This document shows, one piece after another, positions 13,490 through 26,164 of a stretch of 64,000 nucleotides of DNA (the first letter of the stretch is position 1; each line of letters opens with the position of its first letter). The notes beneath the pieces were generated by a model. That model worked only from the letters and a program-made list of their open reading frames with translations. It searched no databases and was not told the DNA's origin. The position numbers and the translations under genes were made by a program. Source of the DNA: Squalus acanthias (lineage: Eukaryota); contig CM059431.1 of the NCBI GenBank assembly GCA_030390025.1, positions 142,044,001 through 142,108,000 of the forward strand, in the 5' to 3' direction.

Positions 13490-13938
13490 AAATCCACTGT
13501 TCACACTGCAGGATGTGCAAGAAAGTCAGAGGACTGTTTCAGTATTTGTCCGGGTGTCCTGGTCAGTATTTATTAATCAATGAGCAGAAATACAAGCTGA
13601 TTGGGAGTTTACAACAGATTATTGGGGTGAAATTGGACATGGGCGGGTATGCAAAACAGGCAGAATCTCATTTACCGGCCGCCATACCACACATCCAATA
13701 TTGGCTTCTATTGAAGTCAGTGGAACTGAATATCAGGTGAAGCGTGTAACAGGCGACCGCTGCGAGAGCACCCATTTTACGACACCCGCCCATGCCCAAT
13801 TTCACTCTATCTTGTCATTTACCTCATTGCTATGTGTGGGACCTTGCTGTGCACAAACTGACTTTTGCATTGCCTAACTTTACAAAATTGACTACAAGTC
13901 AAAAGCATTTGGTTGAAAGGCGCTATATAAATGCGAAT
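13490..13938 (+). mobile_element. Degenerate Deu-domain SINE 3' half, interrupted by a small MITE
   Basis: GGTGTCCTGGTCAGTATTTA core, GGGACCTTGCTGTGCACAAA, and tail GGCGCTATATAAATGC; similar to the 37402 SINE. Confidence 0.55.
13624..13808. mobile_element. Short MITE (about 185 bp); related degenerate copy at about 13940-14100
   Basis: 25-bp imperfect TIRs GGGGTGAAATTGGACATGGGCGGGT / ACCCGCCCATGCCCAATTTCACTCT. Confidence 0.7.
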
Positions 13939-15639
13939 GGCTGGAAAATCGTCTGGGCAGTAGTGGAAAATCATATCGCCGCCTGTTATAGGTACCGCCT
14001 AACATTGTGCTCAATGGAACTGAATATCTGGCCGAGTCTGTAACAGGTGATCGAAGTCACGCCGCCTGTTTACCCGACCCGCACGTGGACAATTTCACCT
14101 CAAGTTCATTATTTCCAGCCAAATCTCGAGAACTAGTTGTAAGGAGCAATTCAGTGTCCCCAATTTAAGCTGTTTTACACATAAGTTGAAAAGTTGGATT
14201 TATGTCCATTTGGGTTCAGTGGAATCTGAATATTCTGAAACGCCGATCATTTTCAATTTCAGCCTCGGCGGAAATCTGGCTGGAGCGGACAGTCCGCCAG
14301 TCATACACACCGCCGAATTTCTCTTATCAGTGACTATAATGAAAACGAAATTGGAGCGGGTGTACAATATACAACTCTCAATCGGCATAATTCACTAAAA
14401 TGGAGGAAATTTTAGTCAAATCGCCGAATTATTGACCCGTTTCCTTTTTTCCGAATACTAATTGATAAAATACCGACACTAATGAACCAGCCGCCTATCG
14501 TTTCAAGACTCTGTACTATCAGAGTCAGTTGGGCAGTGGCAGTACTTGGATTGTGGGTCAGCTTTTAGTTCTTGTAGATGAAAACCAGTCTCTCATAAAT
14601 TCCTAGAGGCAGTAACAGATTTAAATGTTCAATACAAATGCATTGCATAATCGTGAAGAAAGAAAGACTGGAATTTTTGGCCTGCAACTCACGCGAATTT
14701 CTCCATTGTGTATCTATAAGTCGGAACACGATGCTCGCGTTGGGTGTGCTTGTATAACAGTGCAGATAATTATGTTGTTGTTGACTGTTAGTGAACGATT
14801 ACACGGTTCCCTCCTGAGTCTGACGGACGCCCTTAACATCGGAGTCTTCCTCTTGTTCCACTCAGAAGAATGTAATGGGACCTTTATCTCAGCTGGAATT
14901 TAATATATTTTGCGTTATATTAAAGGGAATTAAATCAATGCCCAGAGCTCATGTCCACAAGTGTAATCATCGCAAACAAAAGTAAGCATAAATATTAGCG
15001 ATGTATTTGTTATCCTTGAACTACGAAAGTAAAGTAAAACTGCTGAACAAACAAACTGCAAGGAGTGAAAGATGCAGAAGCAACTGAACATAATTGGTGG
15101 CACGTCACAGAATCGGCTGAGCGCTGCACACATTGGCTGTTAGTGTCAGAAGTGTGACGAATCAGATTTACATTTCAAACGCGCCCTCGTCAGTCGGAAC
15201 CCTGTACTGCAGACTATGGCGCTCTTCACGGTGGGCCGCAGGAAGTGAGGTCACAGCCTGATTGTCTGAGAACAGGGAATGTTGCCGCCGATCAGGGTCT
15301 GTGTCAGAATGCTCGGCTTTCTCAGTGACCAGATGTCATGTTCCCCAGTCCAGGAATTCCGCGGGACACCAAATTAGGGGAGTAAAACTAAACACCAAGC
15401 CCGTTAGCCCCACGATATGAGGTCACTCTACAACTCCACAAGCAAACAACACGAGAATTGGAACAAATATCACTGGACAGGGCAAATCGGACAGTAATTC
15501 TGTTCCTGGCAACAACCATGTAATGCCTCAAGTGCCATATAGCACACTAGATTTAATTTAAAAGTAATGTATGTAATTTAATTGAATTTCATTTATTTCA
15601 ATTTAATGTAATTTAATGTATTTCGTTTAATTTAATTTA

Positions 15640-16990
15640 ATGTTATTTTATTTTCGAAATTAATTTAAGCTTCCATCGTGATTTCTGTCGCTATGGAATT
15701 TAGATGCTGCAATTTACATTGGTAACAACAGTGGATATTCCTGCGACATGTTGGACCTCCAGGGCACTTCACCTGGCCATGATAATCACATGTCCATGAT
15801 GTGCCTCCATCTGCTTGGAATTTCTGAGCTTGAGGAGCGGCTGGAGTCACTGCAGGGCTGAGAATTTGCTCGACCACATATTCCAGGAGATGGACAACCC
15901 GCAGCCACAGTGAGTTCAGGAGGATAGTAAGTTGCTGGCCATGGGCAGGGTGCGAAGAGGCAGGTGGTGCTGGGATCCTCCGGGAGTGTGGCAATCTCAA
16001 GGATGGGACCGATTACAGACCAGAAATGAGATTTTCTTGTGCAGGCAGGGGCATAGTTTTGATATTGAATGATTATTTTGCATGTTTCTTCACTAAAGAA
16101 AAGGATGCTGTCAATGTCACAGTAAAGGAGGCGATAGTAGAGAAATTGGAGAGGAAAAACATAAATAAAGAGGAGGTACTTAAAAGATTGGATGCGCTCA
16201 AAATAGAAATGTCACCGGCCCAAATGGGCTGTGTCCTAGGTTACTGGGGAAAGTAATGGTTGAAATTGCAGAGACTCTGGGGTCAAAAAATCTTCCAATC
16301 CTCCTTAGATATGGGAGAGCAGCCACAGTAGTGGTGGATTGCAAACATTACACCCCATTCAAAAAAGGGGAGAGTGATAAACCTGGCAACTACAGGCCAG
16401 TCAGCCTAACGACGTACGGAAACATTTAGAGACAATAATCCGACAAAAACTTAATTGGCACTTGGAAAATGTGGGTTAATCAATGAAAGCCAGCACTGAT
16501 TTTTTATTTGGGAATCATGTTTTACTAAGTTGATCGAGTCCTTTGATGAAGGAACTGAGAGGGTTGATGAGGGTAATGCAGTTGATGCTGTGTATATGGA
16601 CTTTCAAAGCGCATTTGAGAAAGTACTGCATGATAGACCTGTTAGCAAAATTTAAGCCAAAATTGAATTCATAATTGAAAACAGAAAAAAGGAAGCTTAA
16701 GATAAATGTTAGGTAAATAATTCAGTGGAGTACCAAACTGAATTCAAATTAGGAATGGTTTTGATAAAGGATATTCGACGAAATTGTTTCTTGGGGCAGA
16801 CTGCTTGGTAAACAGGGGACACAGATTTAAAGTAATTGGCACAAAAAACAGCGGGGACATGAGGAAAAATAAATGAAAATAAAATAAGTAGCAGAGGAGT
16901 GGGACTAATTGATTATCTCTTTCAAAGAGTCAGAACAGGCACAATGGGCCAAATTGCCTCCTTCTGTACTGTATAATTCGTGGATTCTAT
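15640..16990 (+). mobile_element. Old, heavily deleted CR1 LINE
   Basis: Degenerate ORF1-like segment at 15720-15960; LNDYFACFFTKEK and NYRPVSL-like RT remnants; 3' UTR-like end at about 16900-16990. Confidence 0.65.
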
Positions 16991-18900
16991 GATTGTACGA
17001 TCTTCCGTGTCATTTTTCGCAGTCAGTCGCAGTGTAGGGTGTAAATTTAACAAATGCTGCAGTAGGAAAGCGGAGATACCGATTCTTGGGAGCAGATATG
17101 GAATCTTGAAATAACTTTGGGAGATGTGGGCTCAGAGTGAAGAGCTCAGACTGCAGAAAAAGACACAAATTCACGTGAACCCTCCGCGAGGCCTTTCTCA
17201 CCAATTAGTACTAACAGTTAAAGAAGGGTCATTTCCTTTAAGAGAAATTTGAATTAATCAGAAAACTATAACAAAGTTTTTTATTATTGCTAGTGGTTCA
17301 ATTGAAGCGCATCACGCACTATAGCCAAGCATTAGTAAACGTAATAAATTAATAAAAAATCATTTAAAATTGGAATTGAGATTAAACATTTGGAGTTTAT
17401 CAGCAATTATCTGTGCGAAATGCCTCCTGTAGTTTTACCCCAACCTTGCATCTATTGCTGGAGCCGGATCCTTACACTTTGCTCAATTTTCAGAATCATG
17501 AAGCTCAGCCCAGTACCAGTCTCCCATAATGCACCAGTTCAGTTTGAGTCTCTGTCACCGGTGGACTACAACACCCAGAATGCAACAGCGTAGTAGAGCA
17601 CCTCAGTCCGTTTAACTGTCAATCTTGCAATGCAGCATAACCCCGCTCCTACTCCTATTAATCCAATTCCTCAGTAAGACGTTAAAGGAGTGAATGAAGG
17701 ATTCATCTTCTTCCTCAGCATATATATTTCAAGATAATAAAATCCAGCTTTCCAACATTGGGATCTCCAGGACGTGGGGAAATACTTGGATTCACAACAT
17801 TGGAGATTCCGTGCATTTGATGCTGTGCAGGGCCCCTTCAACACAACCCGACAAAATTCCTCTGTGTGTACTTTAATATAGTGCATATAATTGGGTTGCC
17901 AGCTTTTGATTTGTTAAAGTAGGTACAGGCACCGCAGATTATCCCATTAACAACTGTGAGGATGATTAGGATAATTCGACAATTTAACAAAATAACGTTA
18001 AATAATAGAGTTCCTTATATTGCCTCCTAAACTGCATATGCAATTCCAGGAGTATTCCACTTAAAGGTGTACATTTTGAGAATCTTCCCTTCGTTCAAGA
18101 TAATTTTCTTGCTTTCTTCGTTGTATATCTAAATTGTTAAACTCCTCAGATTGAAGTTCATCAGTTTCCCTTTGCCTGTGTTATGCAGCACATGTATTTT
18201 GCAGTTTGTTTAGAGAAGGTTATATTTTTCATGTGATAAACTTTCGATAAAATAGTTATCAATTTCAGAAGCAGATAAAAACGTTTGTGCCGAATGAACC
18301 TCCTAGTAATTCAGTAAATAACATATAGAATACAGTTATCCAGTGAGCTGAAATGTTCCGCCCGGCTTCCCGTCTAACACTTAACTTCACATTTGAGTAA
18401 TTTGTGCATTCGCCTCATAACATTAAAGCTGACATTAGATCAGCTGGAGGTTTCCTCTTTTCTAAAGATAGAAAACAGGATTTTCTATAATTTCTTCAAA
18501 ACTGGAATTGTGAATCCCTGGAATTTCTGGGACTGAGCCCTGTGAACTATACAGAGCAGACATTTCCATTTTATGATTAGGTTGCCAGAATTGTCCACAC
18601 AGTCTAAATGAGGATAATCCCAACATTTCTTGTGACAACAATAATAGATTTAATTGGAACTCTATCCTTTGAAATTCGAGGGGCTTTCTCGAACAAAGGG
18701 GAAAGCGGGAACTGGCAGAGTGCGGGAACCCGTGGGACTGGAATCTGGCAGAATGTGGGATACAGGTGAGCGGGGCCATGATGAAAAGGAGAGCGGGAAG
18801 AGTCGAACAAATCAACTGACGGAGACAGCTCCAATTTGCATGAATAAAATGTCAATCTTATTTTGTTTTCAGCTTTTAAACACTGATCGGTGAATTGGAT

Positions 18901-19636
18901 GGGCCAAAAATTGATCCCGCTGCGCGAGAGTACGCACTGCGTACTCTGGCGTATTCTCTCTCCAATTGCCGGTTTTCTGCATGCACTGCGCATGCACTGA
19001 AAACCGGCACTTGGTCTTTGGAAAAGGGGGCGGTTCCTCGGTGCACCGCGTGCGCGCTACCGGCTGCGCGCACGCTGTGCACTTAGTGCTTTGGACGCGC
19101 AGGTAAGGACGGAAGATTTTAGAAACGAAAAAAGGAGTAAGACCCACTTTTAACAAGGTAAGTAGTGAATTAAGTATTATTTTGATTTTTTTTAACAGGT
19201 ATATCTTTTTTAGAGACTTTAAAGACAGGTAAGTTTATTTTTATAACTTTTTAAAAGATTTTAAATTTTTTCAAAAATGTAATTTTTTATTTAAAATGGT
19301 TAATTTATTTAACTATACTTATTTTATTAACGTGATTTTTAAAAAAAATTAATTGAGGTTTAGCTGTTATTTTGGGGGTGTGTAAGATTCATAGCTTTCA
19401 CAGCACGTAAGTGAAACTTATGAATGGAAGATGGTGTGCTGCCATTGGCTCTAACTGAGTCACGTGATGCCACAGCTCGCACAAATTCACTACGCCGGTG
19501 GGATACGCAAACACTGCCCAGCTGATGTCTGGAACATCAAGTTCGTGCGAGCTGGATCTGAAAAAGCCAACGCGGAGTGAGAGATCGCGGCTGCTCCTTA
19601 CCCCCGCGGGAACAGAGCGAGATCAATTTCTGGGCC
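18901..19636. mobile_element. MITE family A copy (about 740 bp, Harbinger-like), inverted relative to the other three
   Basis: TIRs GGGCCAAAAATTGATC / GATCAATTTCTGGGCC; reverse complement of the copies at 40620, 45368 and 59177. Confidence 0.85.
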
Positions 19637-19789
19637 ATTAACAGCGATTCGATAAAGTTGTTAAAGGAAATGTTGGATCCTTTGAAAGGGGAATTTGTTA
19701 ACATATTTAAAATATGCTTTGCTGATTCTTAAATTGTTGATTATACATAAAAAAATAATCTTCTAAACTGAGCCAGAAAGAGATCAAGT

Positions 19790-20480
19790 TATTACTGGAG
19801 TGTCCCGGATGTGAGGTCTGGGGCGGGCCCTCGCCCACAGCAAGTGAAAGACCTGACAATGTTGGACATGGCCGGATGCTGGGATGGTTCTGCATAGAGC
19901 AGAAGTTTTGCGATCCTGGGCCTCTCCGGTCCGCGCAGGTAGAGGCCCACATATCCCAGGGGGGCATGCGGTTAACAAGCGCCCCGGAAATCACGTGGGC
20001 CGGCTCAACCAATAAAAGAAGGGTTCGCCCATTCATACTTATGGGAGTTCCTTACCTACAGAATTCCCATACATAAACAAATGTATTAATAAAAATACAT
20101 GTTTAAAATTAATTAAAATCCCATTTAATTAAAGATTTTAAACAAAAATGTAATTTAAAAAATGTATATTAGATGTTTTATCAGGGTTAAAAATAAATTT
20201 ACCTTATTAGACACGGTTTTTAAAGTATAAATGAGTGAACATTTTTTTTTCTTATATTATAACTCTTATGCTGGTAAAAGATGGCGTTATGGCAGATGCC
20301 TCCGAATTTACCTGGAGTTCCGGAAGGTACGGAAATCATTTTGCCTGCTTTTACCAGGCGTAAGAATTTCACCGGCATTCAGCGGGCGGAGGTTCGGTGA
20401 ATAGCGCAACTCTCGGCCCCTCGGAGAACCTTTTCCCGGGGATGCGGAGAATCTGCAAAGAAAATTCTTGACAGACCGCA
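19790..20480. mobile_element. MITE-like element related to family B, termini unclear
   Basis: Shares CCTGGGCCTCTCC, CACGTG..CCAAT, AAAATAAATTTACCTT, CTTATGCTGGTAAA and TTTTACCAGGCGTAAGA with 22886-23640. Confidence 0.55.
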
Positions 20481-20487
20481 AGTTCCG

Positions 20488-20680
20488 GGTCCTCCTGAGA
20501 GGGAAGACGGTGCCTCGGTTTGACGTTCCATCCGAAAGACCGCACCTCCGACAGTGCAGCACACACTCAATACTGCATTGAGGTGTCAGCATAGATTTTG
20601 TGTTCAAGTCTCTGGAGCGGGACATTAACCCATTGCCATCTGATGCAGAGGCGAGAATGCTGCCGCAGAGCCACTGCTCA
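20488..20680 (-). mobile_element. Deu-domain tRNA-derived SINE, 5' portion
   Basis: Reverse complement has a tRNA-like head and GCAGTATTGAGTGTGTGCTGCACTGTCGGAGGTGCGGTCTTTCGGATG, matching the 37402 SINE core. Confidence 0.7.
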
Positions 20681-21099
20681 CATTTTTATAAAAATAGTAA
20701 ATCTCAAAAAGGAATTGGATATATACTTGAAAAGGAAATGGTTGCTGGGCAGTGGGGAAATAGCAGCGGAGTTGGACTAATTGGATTCCTATTTCAAAGA
20801 ACCGGGAGAGGCATGATAGGCCGAATGGCCTCCTTATGTGCTTTCTGAATCTCTACCGCTTGTGTTGCCGCGATCTTCCGCCCTTTAATGTGAATGGAAT
20901 GAAAGCTGAGGAAGCGCTTCTAGAATTTTCCGACAAAACGCCCGCTGTGCGAGTGAGACTCCGGCCGTGGCGCAGGTCTGGGAGATCCCAGCGCTGGAGT
21001 AGATAAGCGGAAAGTAATTAAGAAAGTGTCAGTGAGTGTGGAATTTTAATGTATTTATTCACTTAAAAGAGAATAGGAGGCACCGTGGGTCCAATTCAT

Positions 21100-22460
21100 T
21101 CTTCAGGAGCAATATCAAGGATTAAGAAAAAGCTTTTTAATTATCCAACGAACCCAGTCGGTAGAAAGTAAAGATCAGCAAAGGCCGCTTGATAAATATT
21201 CGGAGTGGATCACAAGTGAATCATTGAAGGTTTGTATGAGAGGCAACGATCAAGGATTTATTTAAATGTAGTTCCAGTGTTCAACCACACAACTCTGGAT
21301 TCAGAAATCCAGAGACCCAGAAACCGCGAGATAAAGGAATGGGGACTGACAGGAGTGACGCTTCACTGACACTGCTGCAAGTTTCCTCAATCAGAGAAGA
21401 TTCCTGAGGATCCGACAGCGGTTGAAATAATCCCAGTGTTTAAAATAAGGCCAGGAGAGATCCAGTGGCTGGGCACCTGGGAATGGAGCAAAGTAAAAGG
21501 GAATTATCTCGTTTGAAGGGACGGTGTGTCATTTTTAACTAACCTGCTGGAGTTTCTGAAACACATCACTGGCCTGTAGGGCAGGGGAAATGCAGTTGGA
21601 ATGACCCAGTCGGATTTCAATAAAGCAGCGACAAGGTTCCACATCTACAAACGGTGAGGATTTATGGGATGGGTGGGAGATCTGGCACTGCACAGAGAGC
21701 TCATTACAAAATGAAAGTAGGATATCGACAAATGGAAACCTGTAAGGGACGTGTGACTATTGGAATCTTCCTTGGTAACAGTTAATTTTTAATGTTTTGG
21801 TTAATAGAATCACAACGAAGAAGCTATCTTAGAAAGAAAACAATGAAAATTACACCAACGTAAGAAACTCGATAAAACCATACACATTTACTGGGCGGGA
21901 GCAGTTCATGTGACCCATTCTCTCTGTAGTGGATTATTTGATACAACAATCAAAAACTAACTGAACTGTCATCCAGTGTCATTTATTTTCTCTGCTTCAA
22001 TATACTTCTAACTTTCCCTTAACTATTGCCTGAGGCAAACATTCGATCTCCAGCAAACCTTTGCATAAAGAAGTTTGTGCTAACCAGTCTGCTCATTCCC
22101 TTTGTGACCATTTAAAGCCGATCACCCTTTATTGCCAGCTACTCAACTAGATGGAATGATCTCTCCCTCTTCACTCTGCTAAACTGTTCAAAATGTTTAA
22201 ATTCTGTATTAAAACGTCTCTTAGATTTCACTGCTTCAGTGCTAATAGTCCCAATATCTTGTCCCTTATTTTCAGTATAGTTCTGATCCATGGCACCAAC
22301 CTAGTGTATCTACACTGCCCGCTCTCAGTGGAGTTAATGGCCTTTCCACAATGAGGGGCCGAAACTGTACCTGGTGTTCTAACAGTGGCCTCACCAGCAT
22401 TTTGTAAAGATTCATCATCACTTGTTTATTTTTGTGATCAAAGCCCATGTCTATAAAACA
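21100..22460. mobile_element. Two highly degenerate CR1 fragments (about 21100-21760 +, about 21870-22460 -)
   Basis: Remnant RT motifs (LTNLLEF-like; LYKMLVRPLLE in ORF 22272-22463); the minus-strand piece is duplicated at 63800-64000. Confidence 0.55.
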
Positions 22461-22885
22461 CACATTTCTGTTGGTTTTCTAGAATTGATTATTTGGATCC
22501 CTATCGCTTGCAGTTCATCCACACCCTTCAGCTCCTTCCCGTTGATATTCTGCTTCCATTCCTTGGCGTTTCACGCACAATCAGGCGAGATCGCCGATGA
22601 ACAATTTGTAACTGATTCAAAGTTGCTGGTATTTTTCAGATATTATTTGAGAAAATGTGCAACAGCATAATAAGACGATAATGACCAAAGATTGTGTCTG
22701 ACCGTCTGCACATGTTCAGCCAAACAAAGAATACTTTATATCAGCTTATTTTATCAGAATTTCTTGCAGGGTTGCTTTTTTTTACCGATAACTTGCATCA
22801 AATGTAATAGTTAATAACTTTATGAATAAACATTAATTTTTACATTGCTTTACCGTTTTGTTTGGGAGACTGATTGAGACAGAAT

Positions 22886-23640
22886 GGGCCGTATTTTCCG
22901 ATCGGAGGATTCCTGCGTACGGAGGCCTCCGATCTGGAAAAATGTACGAACTTACCTGAGGGCTCCCGAGGGGCCTATACTTCCGCTCCTGGGCCTCTCC
23001 ACAGTCGAAATGCGCAGGGCCCACTTAACCCATAGGCGCAGGCAGTTCGCAAGCGTCCCTGGGATCACGTGCGCCATGGGGAGCCAATAGGAGAAGGGAA
23101 TCTCCCTTCATACACTTGACAAATAGACCTGTCAAAAGTATGAATGAAGATCACCCCAAAAACATAGTGAAACTTTAAATAAATTAAAAAAACCATCACG
23201 TTTTTAAAATTAATTGAAATTACAATAAATTAAATATTTTAAACAACAATTTAATTACAAAAATAAGTAAAGTTTTTTACAGGCTAAAAATAAACTTACC
23301 TTTTTAAAAAATATATTTTAAAATCTAAATGAGTGAAGAAAATTTTTGTTTCTTACTTTTTTCCAACGCTTATGCTGGTAAAGGCAGGCCTTTCGCCTGC
23401 TTTTACCAGGCGTAAGATTTGTAAGGGTTTTCTGCGGGCGGAGGTGCTCCTGAAAGCGGAACTATCGGCCCGCAGACTCCCTTCTCCAGGGCAGGCGTCC
23501 GATCTGTCCAGAGCATTCTGGACAGATCGAAAATGCCGGTTTTCAGCGCATGCGCTTCGCATGCCTGAAAACGGCATTTCCGATGCCCCTTCGTGTGTGC
23601 ACAGCCCGTACACGCACGTAGGGTTCGGTATATACGGCCC
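22886..23640. mobile_element. MITE family B copy (755 bp, Harbinger-like)
   Basis: TIRs GGGCCGTATTTTCCGA / TCGGTATATACGGCCC; absent from the paralogous site near 63360. Confidence 0.85.
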
Positions 23641-24337
23641 GTGAGTCAGAATATCAATAATATTACTCATGATACTTTTATCGGCAGCACAAAACAAGAG
23701 CAGACTCCATCTTTGTGCTAAGTGAGAGACACCAGTCAGTGTACAATCGAGAATTTAAGTCTGTATCTGGGGCAAAATAGGTGAAAGTGCACATCGATGA
23801 GCCGAGTTACGAACTGTTTCCTCCATTCGAACACTGATCACGGGACAAGAGCCCGCTTTATTTGTCAATGAGGAATGGAGTCCGATAGAGAAACCCACGC
23901 CTGCAATATTCACACCAAACTTCCAGGATAGTTACCAATATTGGTGATCGCAAGAACTTTGATCGTTAAGGCACCAAATAAAACTTTATTGATGATTTTA
24001 AAGTGGCGCGCCCGATCCCAGTACCTGCAGTGTAAGGTGGATTCCTCTGTTACCCACATGTCCGACTCCGCTGCTGAACTTCATCATTGTTATCTTTGAT
24101 CCCTGAAGGTGAAATTTGCTAAAGTTGCAGGAATAGGTTATGTTTATTCAACGAAAGAAGCGTAGAAAAAGAAAGCAAAATCAGACATCAATGCATGCTG
24201 GAAAATGGAATAAATGTGTACACAAGAACTCACCCATTTTTTACATTACCGGAAAGAAGGATTGTAACGATTGAAAAGGAGTTGAAATTGAGCTTTACTT
24301 ACGAGGAAGATCTCGTTTGACTTGATTCTTTTCATCC

Positions 24338-25759
24338 TCATTTTCCAGCTAATCTCAGAATCAGTGTCCAGGGAGATTTCACCACATTCTTCAACTCTTC
24401 TCTGAATTTCCTCTGGGTCGCTGCATAAATACACGGGTTTAGACAGAGCTCAAATGCTTCAGCATTGCTCCGGTTTCAGTGGCGATATATCCAGGGTCTG
24501 TGCGGTCACCTCGGTAATAAGTCGTGTTTGTCAGTCTGGTAGTTACAAAACTCACGGCATTTGTCAGCCACAACCATATAAAACTGCCCGATACAGTGAA
24601 CAGTAAAATGATGGATTTCCTTCGGTTCTCCATCTGTGGATCGCTCTGATTTTCACTCATGTGGCCCCGGAGTCCCCTGCGGGCTCTACTTGCCACTAAA
24701 ATACGGCTGACTGTCAAACTATTAAATAAGACAATTAATGTAAAGGGAATTCAAACGACAGAGGCAGAATAAAACCAGACGATCGCTACACCAGCAGGTG
24801 AGGAAAAAAAAAGCACCACTATTCCGGCAGCCCCACTGCACCTTGTTAATTATTTGTTCAGGTTCAAATGCAAACAATACGGGGATGTCCTTTAAAAAAA
24901 ATTGGTTCGCTACGTTTGTTATAACCCCGGCCGCAGTTTTCTCGGTGCAATACTTTGTTCTAAACTTCTGGCAGCAGATAACTACAAATCGGTCAAATGT
25001 GAATGAAACGGTGAACCAAACAGACAAATCGATGGTGACAGCAGTCATGTATAGAATGACCTTACACACGGGAGTGTGGGACAGGAATCAAAGTGGAAAG
25101 TGATAACTGAATATATAATACATCATTACATTTAAGATCATGACCAGTAGATCCGCTGTTGCCATGGCCACCATGTAGACAGAGATACAGTTGGAATGTC
25201 CGCAGTTTCCTAAGGAGAGAATCACCATTGTCACCAAATTCGCTGTAAGAAACAGAGAGGAGAGAAATAAAGTTCCAGTGTCTGTTTTGAAATATATATG
25301 GAGAAAACTGTTGAGAGCATTTTGCTCCATTCAGTGCGATTATCTACACGGAGCAGTGTGAGAACAGGATTAGTATTGGAGCCATTACCTGGGAAACCCA
25401 CCCACACAGTATAATGAGCTGCTGCAGCGCTCACTCTGCACGGGGGGACAAGACGGTCCGGAAATCCGCTAAAATCCTTGTGTTGGAGCTCCAAAGAACA
25501 TCTTAAAATCAGTGATATTATCGAATTAAGGGAAACGTGGAAAGTGCGGACACCCGGTTCATTAGTTGCTTCCAGTTACTACCGACTGTGTAATGTTGAC
25601 ATCTAGAAATCACGTTACATTAGCCAACAGGCTCTATGAAGAGGAGACAGTTAACCCCGATTAACAACAAACAGGTTACAATGGCTCACCGGGGACACCG
25701 ACAGCTGCGAGGATCGGGTAGTAACTCTCTTTGATTAGCAAAATAGTTTGTTGTCCCAT
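24338..25759 (-). pseudogene. GPR139-like: GPR139-like GPCR copy 2 pseudogene (exon 1 25690-25759, exon 2 24338-25242)
   Basis: Exon 1 MGQQTILLIKESYYPILAAVGVP with GT donor; exon 2 ANLVTMVILS..; premature TGA at 25088-25090, frameshift in the A-run near 24805, second frameshift near 24440. Confidence 0.9.
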
Positions 25760-26164
25760 TTTCTGTGAGAATGGATGAATTCTGCAGGAGATGAAAGACT
25801 CTGACTGGCGCAGGGCTGGAGCGATGGAAAGGATCCTATATTCATACTCACTTCAATCCTCTAAGGTGTCAATCAGGTTAAATCATAATTAGCATTAGTT
25901 ACAGTCATTTAACAAATCGACTCAGGTAAGTTCTTTTTCTTGTCTGATACGTCAGATTAAGAGAAATAGGTGAAATTATTATTGTAAAGTTAAAACATTC
26001 AAACATTGTTTACAAGTGGAAAGTCAAATCTTCCAGTACTGGCGCTGACTCTATTCCTACAGGCGTGATGAAGGTAGCTCACCTTGCAATATTCGTCCTG
26101 ACCCTGCCCATGATTCACCTAGTGCACCAACTCCTTCAGAACAGGCGGTGAAACAAATCCTTCA

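Noticed and set aside
25231..25494. Similar intronic ORFs in copies 2 and 4 (..QH.DFSGFP.RLVP.CRVSAAAAHY..)
   Set aside because: Non-ATG starts, and copy 1 has a stop in this frame; similarity is explained by paralogous intron sequence
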